Part shown: positions 9,838-18,315 of the stretch, piece by piece
Numbering within the stretch: the first letter of the stretch is position 1
Layout: every line of letters begins with the position of its first letter
DNA from: Candidatus Bathyarchaeota archaeon
Lineage (GTDB): Archaea > Thermoproteota > Bathyarchaeia > Bathyarchaeales > Bathycorpusculaceae
Assembly (NCBI GenBank): GCA_963832745.1
Contig: CAWHVC010000005.1
Coordinates: 96,001-160,000, forward strand
Length of the DNA: 64,000 bases
Reading direction: 5' to 3'
The notes under the pieces: generated by a model
The model's database searches: none
Seen by the model: the letters and a program-made list of their open reading frames with translations, nothing else
What the model was told of the DNA's origin: nothing
Made by a program: the position numbers and the translations under genes

Positions 9838-11244
9838 ATGAAGGCATTCATAATTCAATACCCGTTCGGCGTTGCCGCTTTTGACGAAAAGAACACGTTA
9901 GTAGAGAAAGTTCTGTTTCCTAAAAAGCCTCAGGCAGCAGCAAGAAGTTTACTTCAGACTGAGTCAGGCAAGCTTTCCGACGAAGTCTTTTCATTAGTTT
10001 CCCTTCTTAGGAATGTTGGCTATGACGCTATCGTGTTTGAGAACGCCAGCGTTGCAGATGAAGTTCACAGAAAAACCAGCGTAAGAGTTGAAGTTGCATC
10101 CCCTGCAGAAGCTGAAGTGCTCCGCGGCAAAATGAGTCAAATCGGGTTGGAATCAGGCTTTGTTAAAGACGAGCAGGATCTTGCTCTTTGGAACAGAAAC
10201 GTCAGTATGGAACTGGCTAAACTGCGGATTAAAGGCGCATCTGAGAAGCGTGACTTAATTGTTGCACAAGCCATTCAAACTCTTGATGATTTAGACCGAA
10301 CTGTTAACCTGTTCATGAGCAGGCTTCGTGAGTGGTATAGCGTTTACTTCCCCGAGATGGACCGCTTAATCGAGAAGCATGAAACGTATTCCCGGCTGGT
10401 CATGAAGCTTGGTTACAAAGAAAATTACACTTTTGAAGCTGTACAAGCTGAAGGCATACCTAACGAAAGGTCAGAACTTTTAGCGAAAACAGCCCAATCA
10501 TCCATGGGCGCAGACGTTTCCAGTTCAGACCTTGAACAAATCCAAACTTTGAGCAAAGATGTTTTGAACCTTTACGAATTACGAAAGAACATGGAAAATT
10601 ATGTTGACCGCACCATGGAAGAGCTTGCTCCGAACGTCCGAGCAGTTGCCGGTGCACTGTTGGGTGCGAGATTAATCGCCATGGCAGGTAGTCTTCAAAA
10701 CTTGGCTATGCGTCCAGCAAGCACTATTCAAGTGTTAGGTGCAGAAAAAGCGCTTTTCCGTTCACTAAAAACAGGCGCAAGACCACCAAAACACGGCCTG
10801 ATTTTCCAACACACACTTTTGCATGATGCTAAACGTTGGCAAAGAGGAAAGATTGCACGCGTCATTGCAGGCAAACTTTCCATTGCTGCCCGAGCAGATG
10901 CTTTCGGCGGCAACTTCATTGGCGAAAGGCTGAAAGCAGACATTAACAAACGTTTAGCCGAGATTCAGGAGAAATACAAGGATGCACCACCACCAAAAGA
11001 ACCTAAACCGGCTGAACGACCTGAACGTCGAGACCGCGAGCAACGTTTTGATCGAGGTCAAAGAGACCGACGAGACCGTTTTGGCGGCGGAGGAAGGGAC
11101 CAACGCAGAGGCGGCGGTGGAGGCAGAAGTTTTGACCGCGGAAAAGACCGAGACCGTAACCGCAGTGGAAGCGGCGACGGCAAAAAGTTCTTTGGAAACA
11201 GCAGCGGTAGCGGCAAATACCGCGATAACCGGAGAACCGAGTAA
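9838..11244 (+). CDS. nop5: C/D-box sRNP scaffold protein Nop5 (Nop56/58 homologue)
   Basis: RLREWYS..FPE, PASTIQVLGAEKALFRSLKTGARPPKHGLIFQH, QRGKIAR; directly upstream of fibrillarin. Confidence 0.97.
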   Translation: MKAFIIQYPFGVAAFDEKNTLVEKVLFPKKPQAAARSLLQTESGKLSDEVFSLVSLLRNVGYDAIVFENASVADEVHRKTSVRVEVASPAEAEVLRGKMSQIGLESGFVKDEQDLALWNRNVSMELAKLRIKGASEKRDLIVAQAIQTLDDLDRTVNLFMSRLREWYSVYFPEMDRLIEKHETYSRLVMKLGYKENYTFEAVQAEGIPNERSELLAKTAQSSMGADVSSSDLEQIQTLSKDVLNLYELRKNMENYVDRTMEELAPNVRAVAGALLGARLIAMAGSLQNLAMRPASTIQVLGAEKALFRSLKTGARPPKHGLIFQHTLLHDAKRWQRGKIARVIAGKLSIAARADAFGGNFIGERLKADINKRLAEIQEKYKDAPPPKEPKPAERPERRDREQRFDRGQRDRRDRFGGGGRDQRRGGGGGRSFDRGKDRDRNRSGSGDGKKFFGNSSGSGKYRDNRRTE

Positions 11245-11246
11245 AC

Positions 11247-11942
11247 TTGCACATTAGAGTTAGGCCGCACCCCAAGTTTAAAGAAATTTATGAGGCTATG
11301 CTGGAGGGCGGTGTTCAACGCCTTGCCACACGTAACTTGACTCCAGGTTTAACGGTTTATGGTGAACGTTTAATTCACGTTAAAGATGTAGAGTACCGTA
11401 TTTGGGATGCTTTTAGAAGTAAACTTGCAGGAGCCATCATTAAGGGCTTGCAGAACGTACCTATCGAACCCGGTTCTCAAGTGCTCTATTTAGGTGCAGC
11501 TTCCGGAACCACCCCAAGTCACGTGTCAGACATAATCGGTGAAACAGGACACGTTTATTGTGTAGAGTTTGCGTCACGCTCACTTCGTGACCTTGTTAAC
11601 AATGTTGCTGCTTTTCGCCCAAACATGTCGCCGTTTCTTGAGGATGCACGTAAACCTGAAAGGTACGCAATGTTCATTCCAGGAAAAGTTGATGTCATTT
11701 ACTGCGATGTAGCCCAGCCTGAGCAAGCAAAACTGTTGGCAGATAACGCTGACGTTTTCTTAAAGCCGCAGGGCTGGGTAATGCTTGCATGCAAATCTCA
11801 AAGCATTGACGTAACAATGTCTCCTGAAGCAGTTTACAAGCAGGAAGCCAACATTCTCAGAAACAGAGGATTTAACGTGAAAGAAGTTGTTGACTTGGAA
11901 CCGTACGATAAAGCGCACGCAATGATTGTGGGTCAACGTTAA
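11247..11942 (+). CDS. flpA: Fibrillarin-like rRNA/tRNA 2'-O-methyltransferase
   Basis: VYGE, EYRIWDAFRSKLA, VLYLGAASGTTPSHVSD, DVAQPEQA, LEPYDKAH. Confidence 0.97.
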   Translation: MHIRVRPHPKFKEIYEAMLEGGVQRLATRNLTPGLTVYGERLIHVKDVEYRIWDAFRSKLAGAIIKGLQNVPIEPGSQVLYLGAASGTTPSHVSDIIGETGHVYCVEFASRSLRDLVNNVAAFRPNMSPFLEDARKPERYAMFIPGKVDVIYCDVAQPEQAKLLADNADVFLKPQGWVMLACKSQSIDVTMSPEAVYKQEANILRNRGFNVKEVVDLEPYDKAHAMIVGQR

Positions 11943-11946
11943 AAAA

Positions 11947-12789
11947 TTAGAGGCTTTGCTTCAAAAAAGCCATCTTTAAATTTTTCAGTTCTACACCATT
12001 TGACCACAAAGTTTCAAAATAGTTATTAGCCATTTCAACTAAAAACCCGTTGTTCGACCGCAGCCAAACCATATCCTTGATCTGTTTTTCATCAGATGTT
12101 GCAACATACATTATTTTTTTGTCAAAGATGACCATTTCCACAGGAGTCGAATCCAAAAATTTGTAGTCAATTAAGTCGAGTTTAGGGGCAAGGCTTTGTG
12201 AAAACTGCTTAGCTGGCGGCGTTTTAATAATGCTTTGGGTTGTTTTCTCTGTTATCATGCGCATTTTGGCTTTTTTGTGCATAGCAGCATCAATACTTTG
12301 CTCAGCGAAGTGTTGTGGCCACTGTAAAAATTTGTGGGTAGTCATTATTAAGTCAACACTTTGCCGGAAGGTTTCCCAATCTTTTTTCCAGTTCGGATCC
12401 CCTTTTTTTGGTCCAATAAGTGCAATGTTTGAATTATCATTTTTTACCTTAGAAACTTGCTGCTGTTTTTTTGCCATCTCTTTAGCTTTAGCGAACAGGT
12501 CCTTGTCTTCTTGCCTTCTTTGCTGCAATAGTACTTCGATTACGGTTTCTAAGGATATCGCTTTGAATGTTTTAGGGGTGGTTACTAACTCGTCGACTAA
12601 ACCTTTTTTCTGCAGTTTAGGGATTATTTGGTAAACAATTTCTCTTGCAACACCAGAGGATTTTGCTACTGACTTGGCAGTTAAATTTTCAGAAGCATAG
12701 AGCGCCATTAATACTCTGGCTTCGTTTAACGTAAGTCCCAGACGGATTAAAACGTCGAAATCCTCGGTTGTGGCATATTGGGAAGTCAA
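11947..12789 (-). CDS. TrmB-family transcriptional regulator
   Basis: LGLTLNEARVL...REIVYQIIPKLQKKGLV HTH; C-terminal VIFDKK...NYFETLW; divergent from the reductase operon. Confidence 0.88.
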   Translation of the reverse strand: MTSQYATTEDFDVLIRLGLTLNEARVLMALYASENLTAKSVAKSSGVAREIVYQIIPKLQKKGLVDELVTTPKTFKAISLETVIEVLLQQRRQEDKDLFAKAKEMAKKQQQVSKVKNDNSNIALIGPKKGDPNWKKDWETFRQSVDLIMTTHKFLQWPQHFAEQSIDAAMHKKAKMRMITEKTTQSIIKTPPAKQFSQSLAPKLDLIDYKFLDSTPVEMVIFDKKIMYVATSDEKQIKDMVWLRSNNGFLVEMANNYFETLWSNGVELKNLKMAFLKQSL

Positions 12790-13106
12790 CTAATTCGACC
12801 CTCAGCAGTTTGTACTATTTGTTGCAATATGTTATTTAAGACTTTTTGAAAATTTAATGCAAAAAGCAAAAAAGTATACGCAAGGATAACAAAAATATAC
12901 AAATATTATAAGTACAATCATAACTTACAACATTTTGAATCCCAAATTAATTATGACCATTTCAGCATTATTCAATAAAACAATTTCATACCCCAAATTT
13001 TTGAGTAAAATGTTGATTCTAACCGAAAAATTGCCAATTTTTTCAATACTATGTAACCTTTAAATGCCCTTCACCTGTTAATTGCTTTAATTAATGGAGC
13101 TCAGAC

Positions 13107-13799
13107 ATGTCGCTAATACCTGAGTTATCAAACCCTTATTTAACATCATTTGCATCAGGATTACTCTATGGATTAGTAGCCTGCACCGCAACATGTCTAC
13201 CTTACTTAGCAAGTTACATTGCAGGCATAGGCGCAGACTTCCGCAAAGGCGTATTTGCAACATTAACTTTTAACTCAGGTAGAATAATCGCATATACTCT
13301 AATTGGAGCATTAATTGGCATTTTCAGCGGTTTAATGCATCTATTCGCTGAAGACGCAACAATATCCATTTTCCAAGCCTATTCAACCGTAGCCTTTAGC
13401 ATAGTTACCATAATAATCGGTGCAAGCTTACTCTATAGAAACAGAAAACCCTCATGTAAATGCAACCAAACACCACTAACTCCTAAAAAGAAGCGCGTTG
13501 GCAAGTTTGACGTGGGCGCTTTCACCTTAGGCTTAAGCAGAGGTTTAGTCCTTTGTCCACCCTTACTTGCGCTTTTGCTGTATTCGATTCCTTTTGCAAG
13601 CCCAGTTGACAGCGTGGCTTTTGCTGTTTTGTTTGGTGTCGGAACCGCTATTTCGCCTATGCTGCTGCTTGGCGGCGTTACAGGATGGCTTCTTAACAAA
13701 GCGCCACTATTGAGAACGTATATAGCGGTCGCGGGTGCAGCAGTGCTTATTCTCCTTGGAATTGGCACATTAATCAGTTCTTTAACAATACTTGCTTAA
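13107..13799 (+). CDS. DsbD_2/TauE-like (CcdA-related) membrane protein
   Basis: ACTATCLP, FNSGRIIAYTLIG, GLVLCPP and FGVGTA motifs; about 6 TM helices. Confidence 0.8.
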   Translation: MSLIPELSNPYLTSFASGLLYGLVACTATCLPYLASYIAGIGADFRKGVFATLTFNSGRIIAYTLIGALIGIFSGLMHLFAEDATISIFQAYSTVAFSIVTIIIGASLLYRNRKPSCKCNQTPLTPKKKRVGKFDVGAFTLGLSRGLVLCPPLLALLLYSIPFASPVDSVAFAVLFGVGTAISPMLLLGGVTGWLLNKAPLLRTYIAVAGAAVLILLGIGTLISSLTILA

Positions 13800-13814
13800 A
13801 GGAAAAATGAAAAG

Positions 13815-15149
13815 ATGAAAAAGAATAACATGGAACCCAATAAAATCATGCCTGAAACCACCCAAAAAGAAATAGACGAACTAAAAATCAGCGTTAAAGC
13901 CGCCTCTGAACGCATCATTGCCGAAAACATCGAACACATGAAAAAAGCAGATCCTAACCGTCCAAAAGAGATGACGTATTTTGATGAAATCGCCAACTTA
14001 TTTGGCAAACGTACAAAAGAAATTGCTCAAGCCAAAGCCGAAGGCAAAAAAATTGTTGGGTACACATGCCTTTTTGCGCCATTGGAGCTGATTTTGGCAT
14101 CTGATGCGGTTCCTGTTAGGGTGAATTCTGGATGGTATGACACTTCAAAGCTTGGTGACCGTGTTGTGCCTGTTGAAGTTTGCCCAACTATTCGGTCAAC
14201 AATTGGCGCTAAAATGATTGAGCTTTCCCCGTTTCTTGAACAAAGTGACGCCTTAATCACTGTGTTGACGTGTGATGGCATGACAAAGCTCAGCGAAATC
14301 TTGGGGGATTATAAGCAGGTTTGGGGCATGTCTAACCCACGCATTAAGGATTCCACTCAAGCGCTAAAGTTTTGGAATGAAGAAATAAAACAAATCAAAG
14401 ATAACCTTGAAAAATTAACGGGCAACAAAATCAACACCAAAAACCTCAAAGCAACAATACAGCAAACTCAAAAAGCCACAAGAGCGTTTCGCCGCCTGCA
14501 AGATCTGCGCAGGGGCAACCCAGTAATTATGGGTAGAGACGCTATGCTTGTTAACCAAACTTACATGTGGGATGACATTGCTCGGTGGACAGAAAGAACT
14601 GATGCCCTCTGCGACGAGTTGGAACGCAGGGTGCAACGTAAAGAGTGGGCTTGCCCGCCTGACACTCCACGGGTAATGGTTACGGGTACACCAATGTTTT
14701 GGCCTGACAACTGGAAACTGCCCAACCTTGTTGAAGAAGGAAACCCCCCAGGCGTTTTAGTTGCAGATGAGTTATGTTCAAGCGAACGACTGCTGTATGA
14801 TCCAGTGGGGATTGACGAGTGGACCATGGACGATATGCTTAGCGGTATTGGTGAACGTTACCTTATGGCTTCCACGTGTCCCTGTTTTACCAGCAAAGAC
14901 GGCAACGAAGACCGCATTAACTGGCTTCTAAACAAAGTTAAAGAATGGCATGTTCAAGGGGTAATCTATTACACAGTTAGGGGCTGCATGTTGTACGCTA
15001 TGGAGTATACAAGGGTTAAAAGGGCGTTGGATAAGGCAAATATTCCAGTTTACTACCTTGATACTGATTACACAAGGGAGGATGTTGGGCAACTGAAAAC
15101 CCGTGTTGAAGCCTTCCTTGAAATGCTCAACGCCCAAATAGACTTCTAA
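13815..15149 (+). CDS. 2-hydroxyacyl-CoA dehydratase/benzoyl-CoA reductase family Fe-S protein, double-cubane-cluster (DCCP)-like
   Basis: Cys at 85 (YTC), 123 (VCP), 153 (TCDG), 321 (ELC), 355/357 (CPCF), 391 (GC); PRVMVTGTP; GQLKTRVEAFLEM C-terminus. Confidence 0.9.
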   Translation: MKKNNMEPNKIMPETTQKEIDELKISVKAASERIIAENIEHMKKADPNRPKEMTYFDEIANLFGKRTKEIAQAKAEGKKIVGYTCLFAPLELILASDAVPVRVNSGWYDTSKLGDRVVPVEVCPTIRSTIGAKMIELSPFLEQSDALITVLTCDGMTKLSEILGDYKQVWGMSNPRIKDSTQALKFWNEEIKQIKDNLEKLTGNKINTKNLKATIQQTQKATRAFRRLQDLRRGNPVIMGRDAMLVNQTYMWDDIARWTERTDALCDELERRVQRKEWACPPDTPRVMVTGTPMFWPDNWKLPNLVEEGNPPGVLVADELCSSERLLYDPVGIDEWTMDDMLSGIGERYLMASTCPCFTSKDGNEDRINWLLNKVKEWHVQGVIYYTVRGCMLYAMEYTRVKRALDKANIPVYYLDTDYTREDVGQLKTRVEAFLEMLNAQIDF

Positions 15150-15159
15150 AGGGACTACC

Positions 15160-15945
15160 ATGATAACAGTTGGACTTGATTTAGGAACACAAAGCATAAA
15201 AACCGTAGTACTAAGCGACGACAAAGTCTTAGCACGGGCACAAGCGTTTTCAGGCTTTGACCCGACAAAAGCAGCCAAAGACGCCGTTGAACAAGCATTA
15301 AAAACAGCATGCATCACTCAATCAGACGTCGCCAGCTTCACTGCAACAGGCTCAGGCGTAGAATTATCACCCTACCCCGCAAGCACTGTCAGCATGATGG
15401 GCGCAGACGCAAAAGCCGGAACCAACCTTTTTCCCAAAGCCAGAACAATCATTGACGTAGGCGCAGAAGAAGCACGCGCAGTCAAATGCGACGACCGCGG
15501 CGTCATGATAGACTTCGTAGTTAACGAACGATGTGCTGCCGGCGCAGGAACATTTATTGAGGCTATGGCGCGGGCGTTAGAGGTGAAAATGGAAGATATG
15601 GGCCCATTATCACTTAAAGCGGAGCGTGCAAGCTCAATTAACGCTTCCTGTGTTATCTTCGGTGAATCCGACGTTGTCTCGCTTATTCACCGGCAAGAGT
15701 CTAAGCCGGAAATTGCACGTGCAGTTTATGATGCAATGGCTGACCGTATATCGTCCATGGTTCGCCGTTTAGGCGTAAATCCTGAAGTGGTGCTGGTGGG
15801 CGGTGCTGCTAAGGATGCTGGTTTTGTGGCTTCTCTGAAACGCAAGTTAGGAGTTGACGTGTTGATTCCCGAGTTTCCTGAGTACGCTGGAGCGTTGGGC
15901 ACCGCGTTGATTGGTGCAGCCAGAGGGAAGGTGAACCAAAAGTGA
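15160..15945 (+). CDS. BcrA/BcrD-type ATP-dependent activator, BzdP-like
   Basis: GLDLGTQSIK, IIDVGAEEARA, VNERCAAGAGTFIE, CVIFGESDVVS. Confidence 0.88.
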   Translation: MITVGLDLGTQSIKTVVLSDDKVLARAQAFSGFDPTKAAKDAVEQALKTACITQSDVASFTATGSGVELSPYPASTVSMMGADAKAGTNLFPKARTIIDVGAEEARAVKCDDRGVMIDFVVNERCAAGAGTFIEAMARALEVKMEDMGPLSLKAERASSINASCVIFGESDVVSLIHRQESKPEIARAVYDAMADRISSMVRRLGVNPEVVLVGGAAKDAGFVASLKRKLGVDVLIPEFPEYAGALGTALIGAARGKVNQK

Positions 15946-16838
15946 CTGAACCTGTTAGTGCGTTTTGGCGTTGGCAGGAATACCACCGTGTTATGCCTAG
16001 CAAAGCTTGGAAAAGCGAAGATATAGTTACTGCTGGTGTGGATGTGGGTTCGGTTGGTTCTAAAGCGGCAGTTCTTGTTAACGGCGAAATATATTCTTGG
16101 GGAATAACACGGACTGGTTCAAACAGTCCCGAAAGTGCCACAAAAGCCCTCGAATGGGCACTACAAGACACCGACATTGAACAATCTGACATTAAATATG
16201 TCGTCGGCACCGGTTACGGCAGAGTAAATGTTCCCATGGCAAACAAAGCTATCACTGAAATTGCCTGCCACGCAAAAGGCGCCAACTACATCTGGGGACC
16301 ACAAGTCCACACTGTACTTGATGTTGGGGGACAAGACATCAAAGCCATCCGTTGCGATGACACCGGACGCGTAACCTCCTTTCTAATGAACGACAAATGC
16401 GCCGCCGGCACAGGACGAGGTATGGAAGTCTTCGCCGATCTGCTAAAAATCCCAATCGAAGAAATCGGGGAAATGAGCCTAAAAGTCAAGGAAGAACCTC
16501 AACCGGTAAACTGCACATGCGTTGCTTTTGCGAAAACTGAAGCTGTTGGACTTCTACGGAAAGGCTGGTCTAAAGAAAAAGTGTTAGCTGCATATACGCG
16601 AGCAATGGCTGTCCGGATGAGTAACCTTATTAACAGAGTCGGCTTAGAACCTGAACTTGTAATTACTGGTGGTCAATCAAAAAATATTGGTGTTGTATCC
16701 CGCATTGAAACGGCTCTTGGTGTTAAGTGTCTTCCGATGCCGAACTGGCGCGAAAACGGGTTAGACCCCATGATTGCAGGCGCCTTGGGGGCGGGAATTT
16801 TCGCTAAAGCGTTATATGATAAGTCTCAAAAAACTTAG
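15942..16838 (+). CDS. bzdQ: ATP-dependent activator subunit resembling benzoyl-CoA reductase bzd-type subunit Q
   Basis: N-terminal FWRWQE extension, AGVDVGSVGS, RTGSNSPESA, GTGYGRVNVP, EIACHAKG, FLMNDKCAAGTGRGMEV. Confidence 0.82.
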   Translation: MTEPVSAFWRWQEYHRVMPSKAWKSEDIVTAGVDVGSVGSKAAVLVNGEIYSWGITRTGSNSPESATKALEWALQDTDIEQSDIKYVVGTGYGRVNVPMANKAITEIACHAKGANYIWGPQVHTVLDVGGQDIKAIRCDDTGRVTSFLMNDKCAAGTGRGMEVFADLLKIPIEEIGEMSLKVKEEPQPVNCTCVAFAKTEAVGLLRKGWSKEKVLAAYTRAMAVRMSNLINRVGLEPELVITGGQSKNIGVVSRIETALGVKCLPMPNWRENGLDPMIAGALGAGIFAKALYDKSQKT

Positions 16839-17135
16839 GTGATAACTTTGATTACTTATTACGGGTACGCGGATGGTTCAGGCGAATATTTTGTCACGAT
16901 TGACACTGACAAATGCAACGGTTGCGAAAAATGCATAAAACACTGCCCCAAAGACGCGTTGCAACTGGAAACCATATTTTTTGATTTAGAGGACAAAACA
17001 GTAGCGGGGGTCAAAGAGGAGCAACGTAACAAAATAAAATATACGTGTGCTGAGTGTAAACCCGAAAATAATCAGGCTCCCTGCGTTTTATCTTGTATCG
17101 ATGGAGCAATTAGGTGTATTTATGTTGTACGGTAG
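16839..17135 (+). CDS. 2[4Fe-4S] ferredoxin associated with the reductase operon
   Basis: YGYADGSG N-terminus, CxxCxxCxxxCP plus CxxC...CxxxC. Confidence 0.88.
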   Translation: MITLITYYGYADGSGEYFVTIDTDKCNGCEKCIKHCPKDALQLETIFFDLEDKTVAGVKEEQRNKIKYTCAECKPENNQAPCVLSCIDGAIRCIYVVR

Positions 17136-17288
17136 TGCTTTTTGTGACATACAACCATTTTATTCTTGTTCGGATTCTGAATCTGTCGCAAGTCGTACGA
17201 AACCATTGATTTTAAATAAGTCTTGAAAATTCGCTACGTTTATTTATAGTTTCCAATAATTGGTAGTCAATTAGTTAGGGATGATCAA

Positions 17289-17879
17289 ATGTCAAAGAAA
17301 CCTCAATCAAAAGATGAAGCATTAGAGGCTTTAGACTTCATAGTTAACGTGCTGAAAGAGCATGAAAAAGACTTAGACCGTCTAATCAGCGAGTTGGGCA
17401 ACGTAACCGACCAACTAGGAGAAACCGGCCAATTAAACGGAAAAGTCGAGCACATTGAGGAAAAAATTGGCAACCTACAAGACGAAGTAACAAATCTTTT
17501 AGATTACATGTCAAAACGAAATAACGCACCAACCCCAGCAGCAACTATTAGTAACGAAAATAAGAATCAGGCGACTCCAGCCGTATCAGTTCCAGTGGTT
17601 GCACCTGTTTTTGCTCCAGCAATTCCATCAAGTACATCTGTAATTTTCAGGTGTAAACAATGGGAAGATTTTGAGGCTTTAGCCCGTCAGGCTCAAACTC
17701 TGTCTTTCACGTATAAAGAGGCTGAACACGTTTTTCAGGTTGATGCATTAAAGGGTAATCAGATTGTTACTTACAGCGGCGAGTTACCAAAGATGTCTTC
17801 ATTGTTAAAGATGTGGTTGTCTAAACAGCTTGAAGTGCCTGACCCACGAGTGCTCGAAGGCGTTTTAACTATCAGCTAA
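17289..17879 (+). CDS. Hypothetical protein: N-terminal coiled coil, Pro/Ala linker, C-terminal globular domain
   Basis: 196-aa ORF, heptad-like N-terminus, TTTATA box upstream. Confidence 0.8.
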   Translation: MSKKPQSKDEALEALDFIVNVLKEHEKDLDRLISELGNVTDQLGETGQLNGKVEHIEEKIGNLQDEVTNLLDYMSKRNNAPTPAATISNENKNQATPAVSVPVVAPVFAPAIPSSTSVIFRCKQWEDFEALARQAQTLSFTYKEAEHVFQVDALKGNQIVTYSGELPKMSSLLKMWLSKQLEVPDPRVLEGVLTIS

Positions 17880-17923
17880 ACCCCATTTTATTATTTTAAA
17901 TTCATTTTTTGAATTCATAAACC

Positions 17924-17929
17924 TTATAA
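17924..17929 (+). promoter_or_regulatory. TATA box upstream of the candidate structured RNA
   Basis: AAACC-TTATAA about 25 nt before the first stem strand at 17954. Confidence 0.55.
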
Positions 17930-17953
17930 CATAAGATATCGTAAGTCTTCTTA

Positions 17954-18085
17954 TTGTTGGAGGAAAGTTAGGTTGAAGGCTACACTAACCACGTCAATAA
18001 TACTTTTCCGTTTTCGAAGCCTTCTCCTTTCTCCTCGATTACGGATTGGCGTGAGTTAGAGCCAACACACTAACCCCTCCAACAA
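17954..18085 (+). ncRNA. Candidate rod-like structured RNA with a C/U-rich apical loop
   Basis: Nested stems TTGTTGGAGG/CCTCCAACAA, GTTAG/CTAAC, GGCT/AGCC, CTAAC/GTTAG, CACGTCAAT/ATTGGCGTG (one G-U), CCGT/ACGG, TCGA/TCGA. Confidence 0.65.
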
Positions 18086-18109
18086 ATTCACTTTAAAGGA
18101 AAAACCAAA

Positions 18110-18250
18110 ATGAATCAGGATACAGTACGCATGTTCAATGTTGAAATGGCTAAATTCAAGAAAACCATCGAAGAAATCAATCTTCTTAAAAGTGTTTCTG
18201 AAGACTTGAAAAGTTACAGAAGAATGGTCAGAATAAAAAAGTTTGATTAA
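18110..18250 (+). CDS. 46-aa small protein missing from the ORF track
   Basis: MNQDTVRMFNVEMAKFKKTIEEINLLKSVSEDLKSYRRMVRIKKFD; AAGGA SD at 18096-18100. Confidence 0.55.
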   Translation: MNQDTVRMFNVEMAKFKKTIEEINLLKSVSEDLKSYRRMVRIKKFD

Positions 18251-18315
18251 GCAGCAACTAAATTTTTTAAAGTTTTAAATATCAAAATTCGCCATTAATG
18301 TGATAGGGAATTTCT

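Noticed and set aside
13815-16838. Canonical benzoyl-CoA reductase and anaerobic aromatic degradation pathway
   Set aside because: Only one catalytic-type subunit and no CoA ligase, dienoyl-CoA hydratase or ring-opening hydrolase in the window
17983-18061. CTAAC...GTTAG resembling an integron attC site
   Set aside because: Does not fit RYYYAAC/GTTRRRY, the spacer regions are paired, pairing extends well beyond the boxes, and no IntI or cassette array is present
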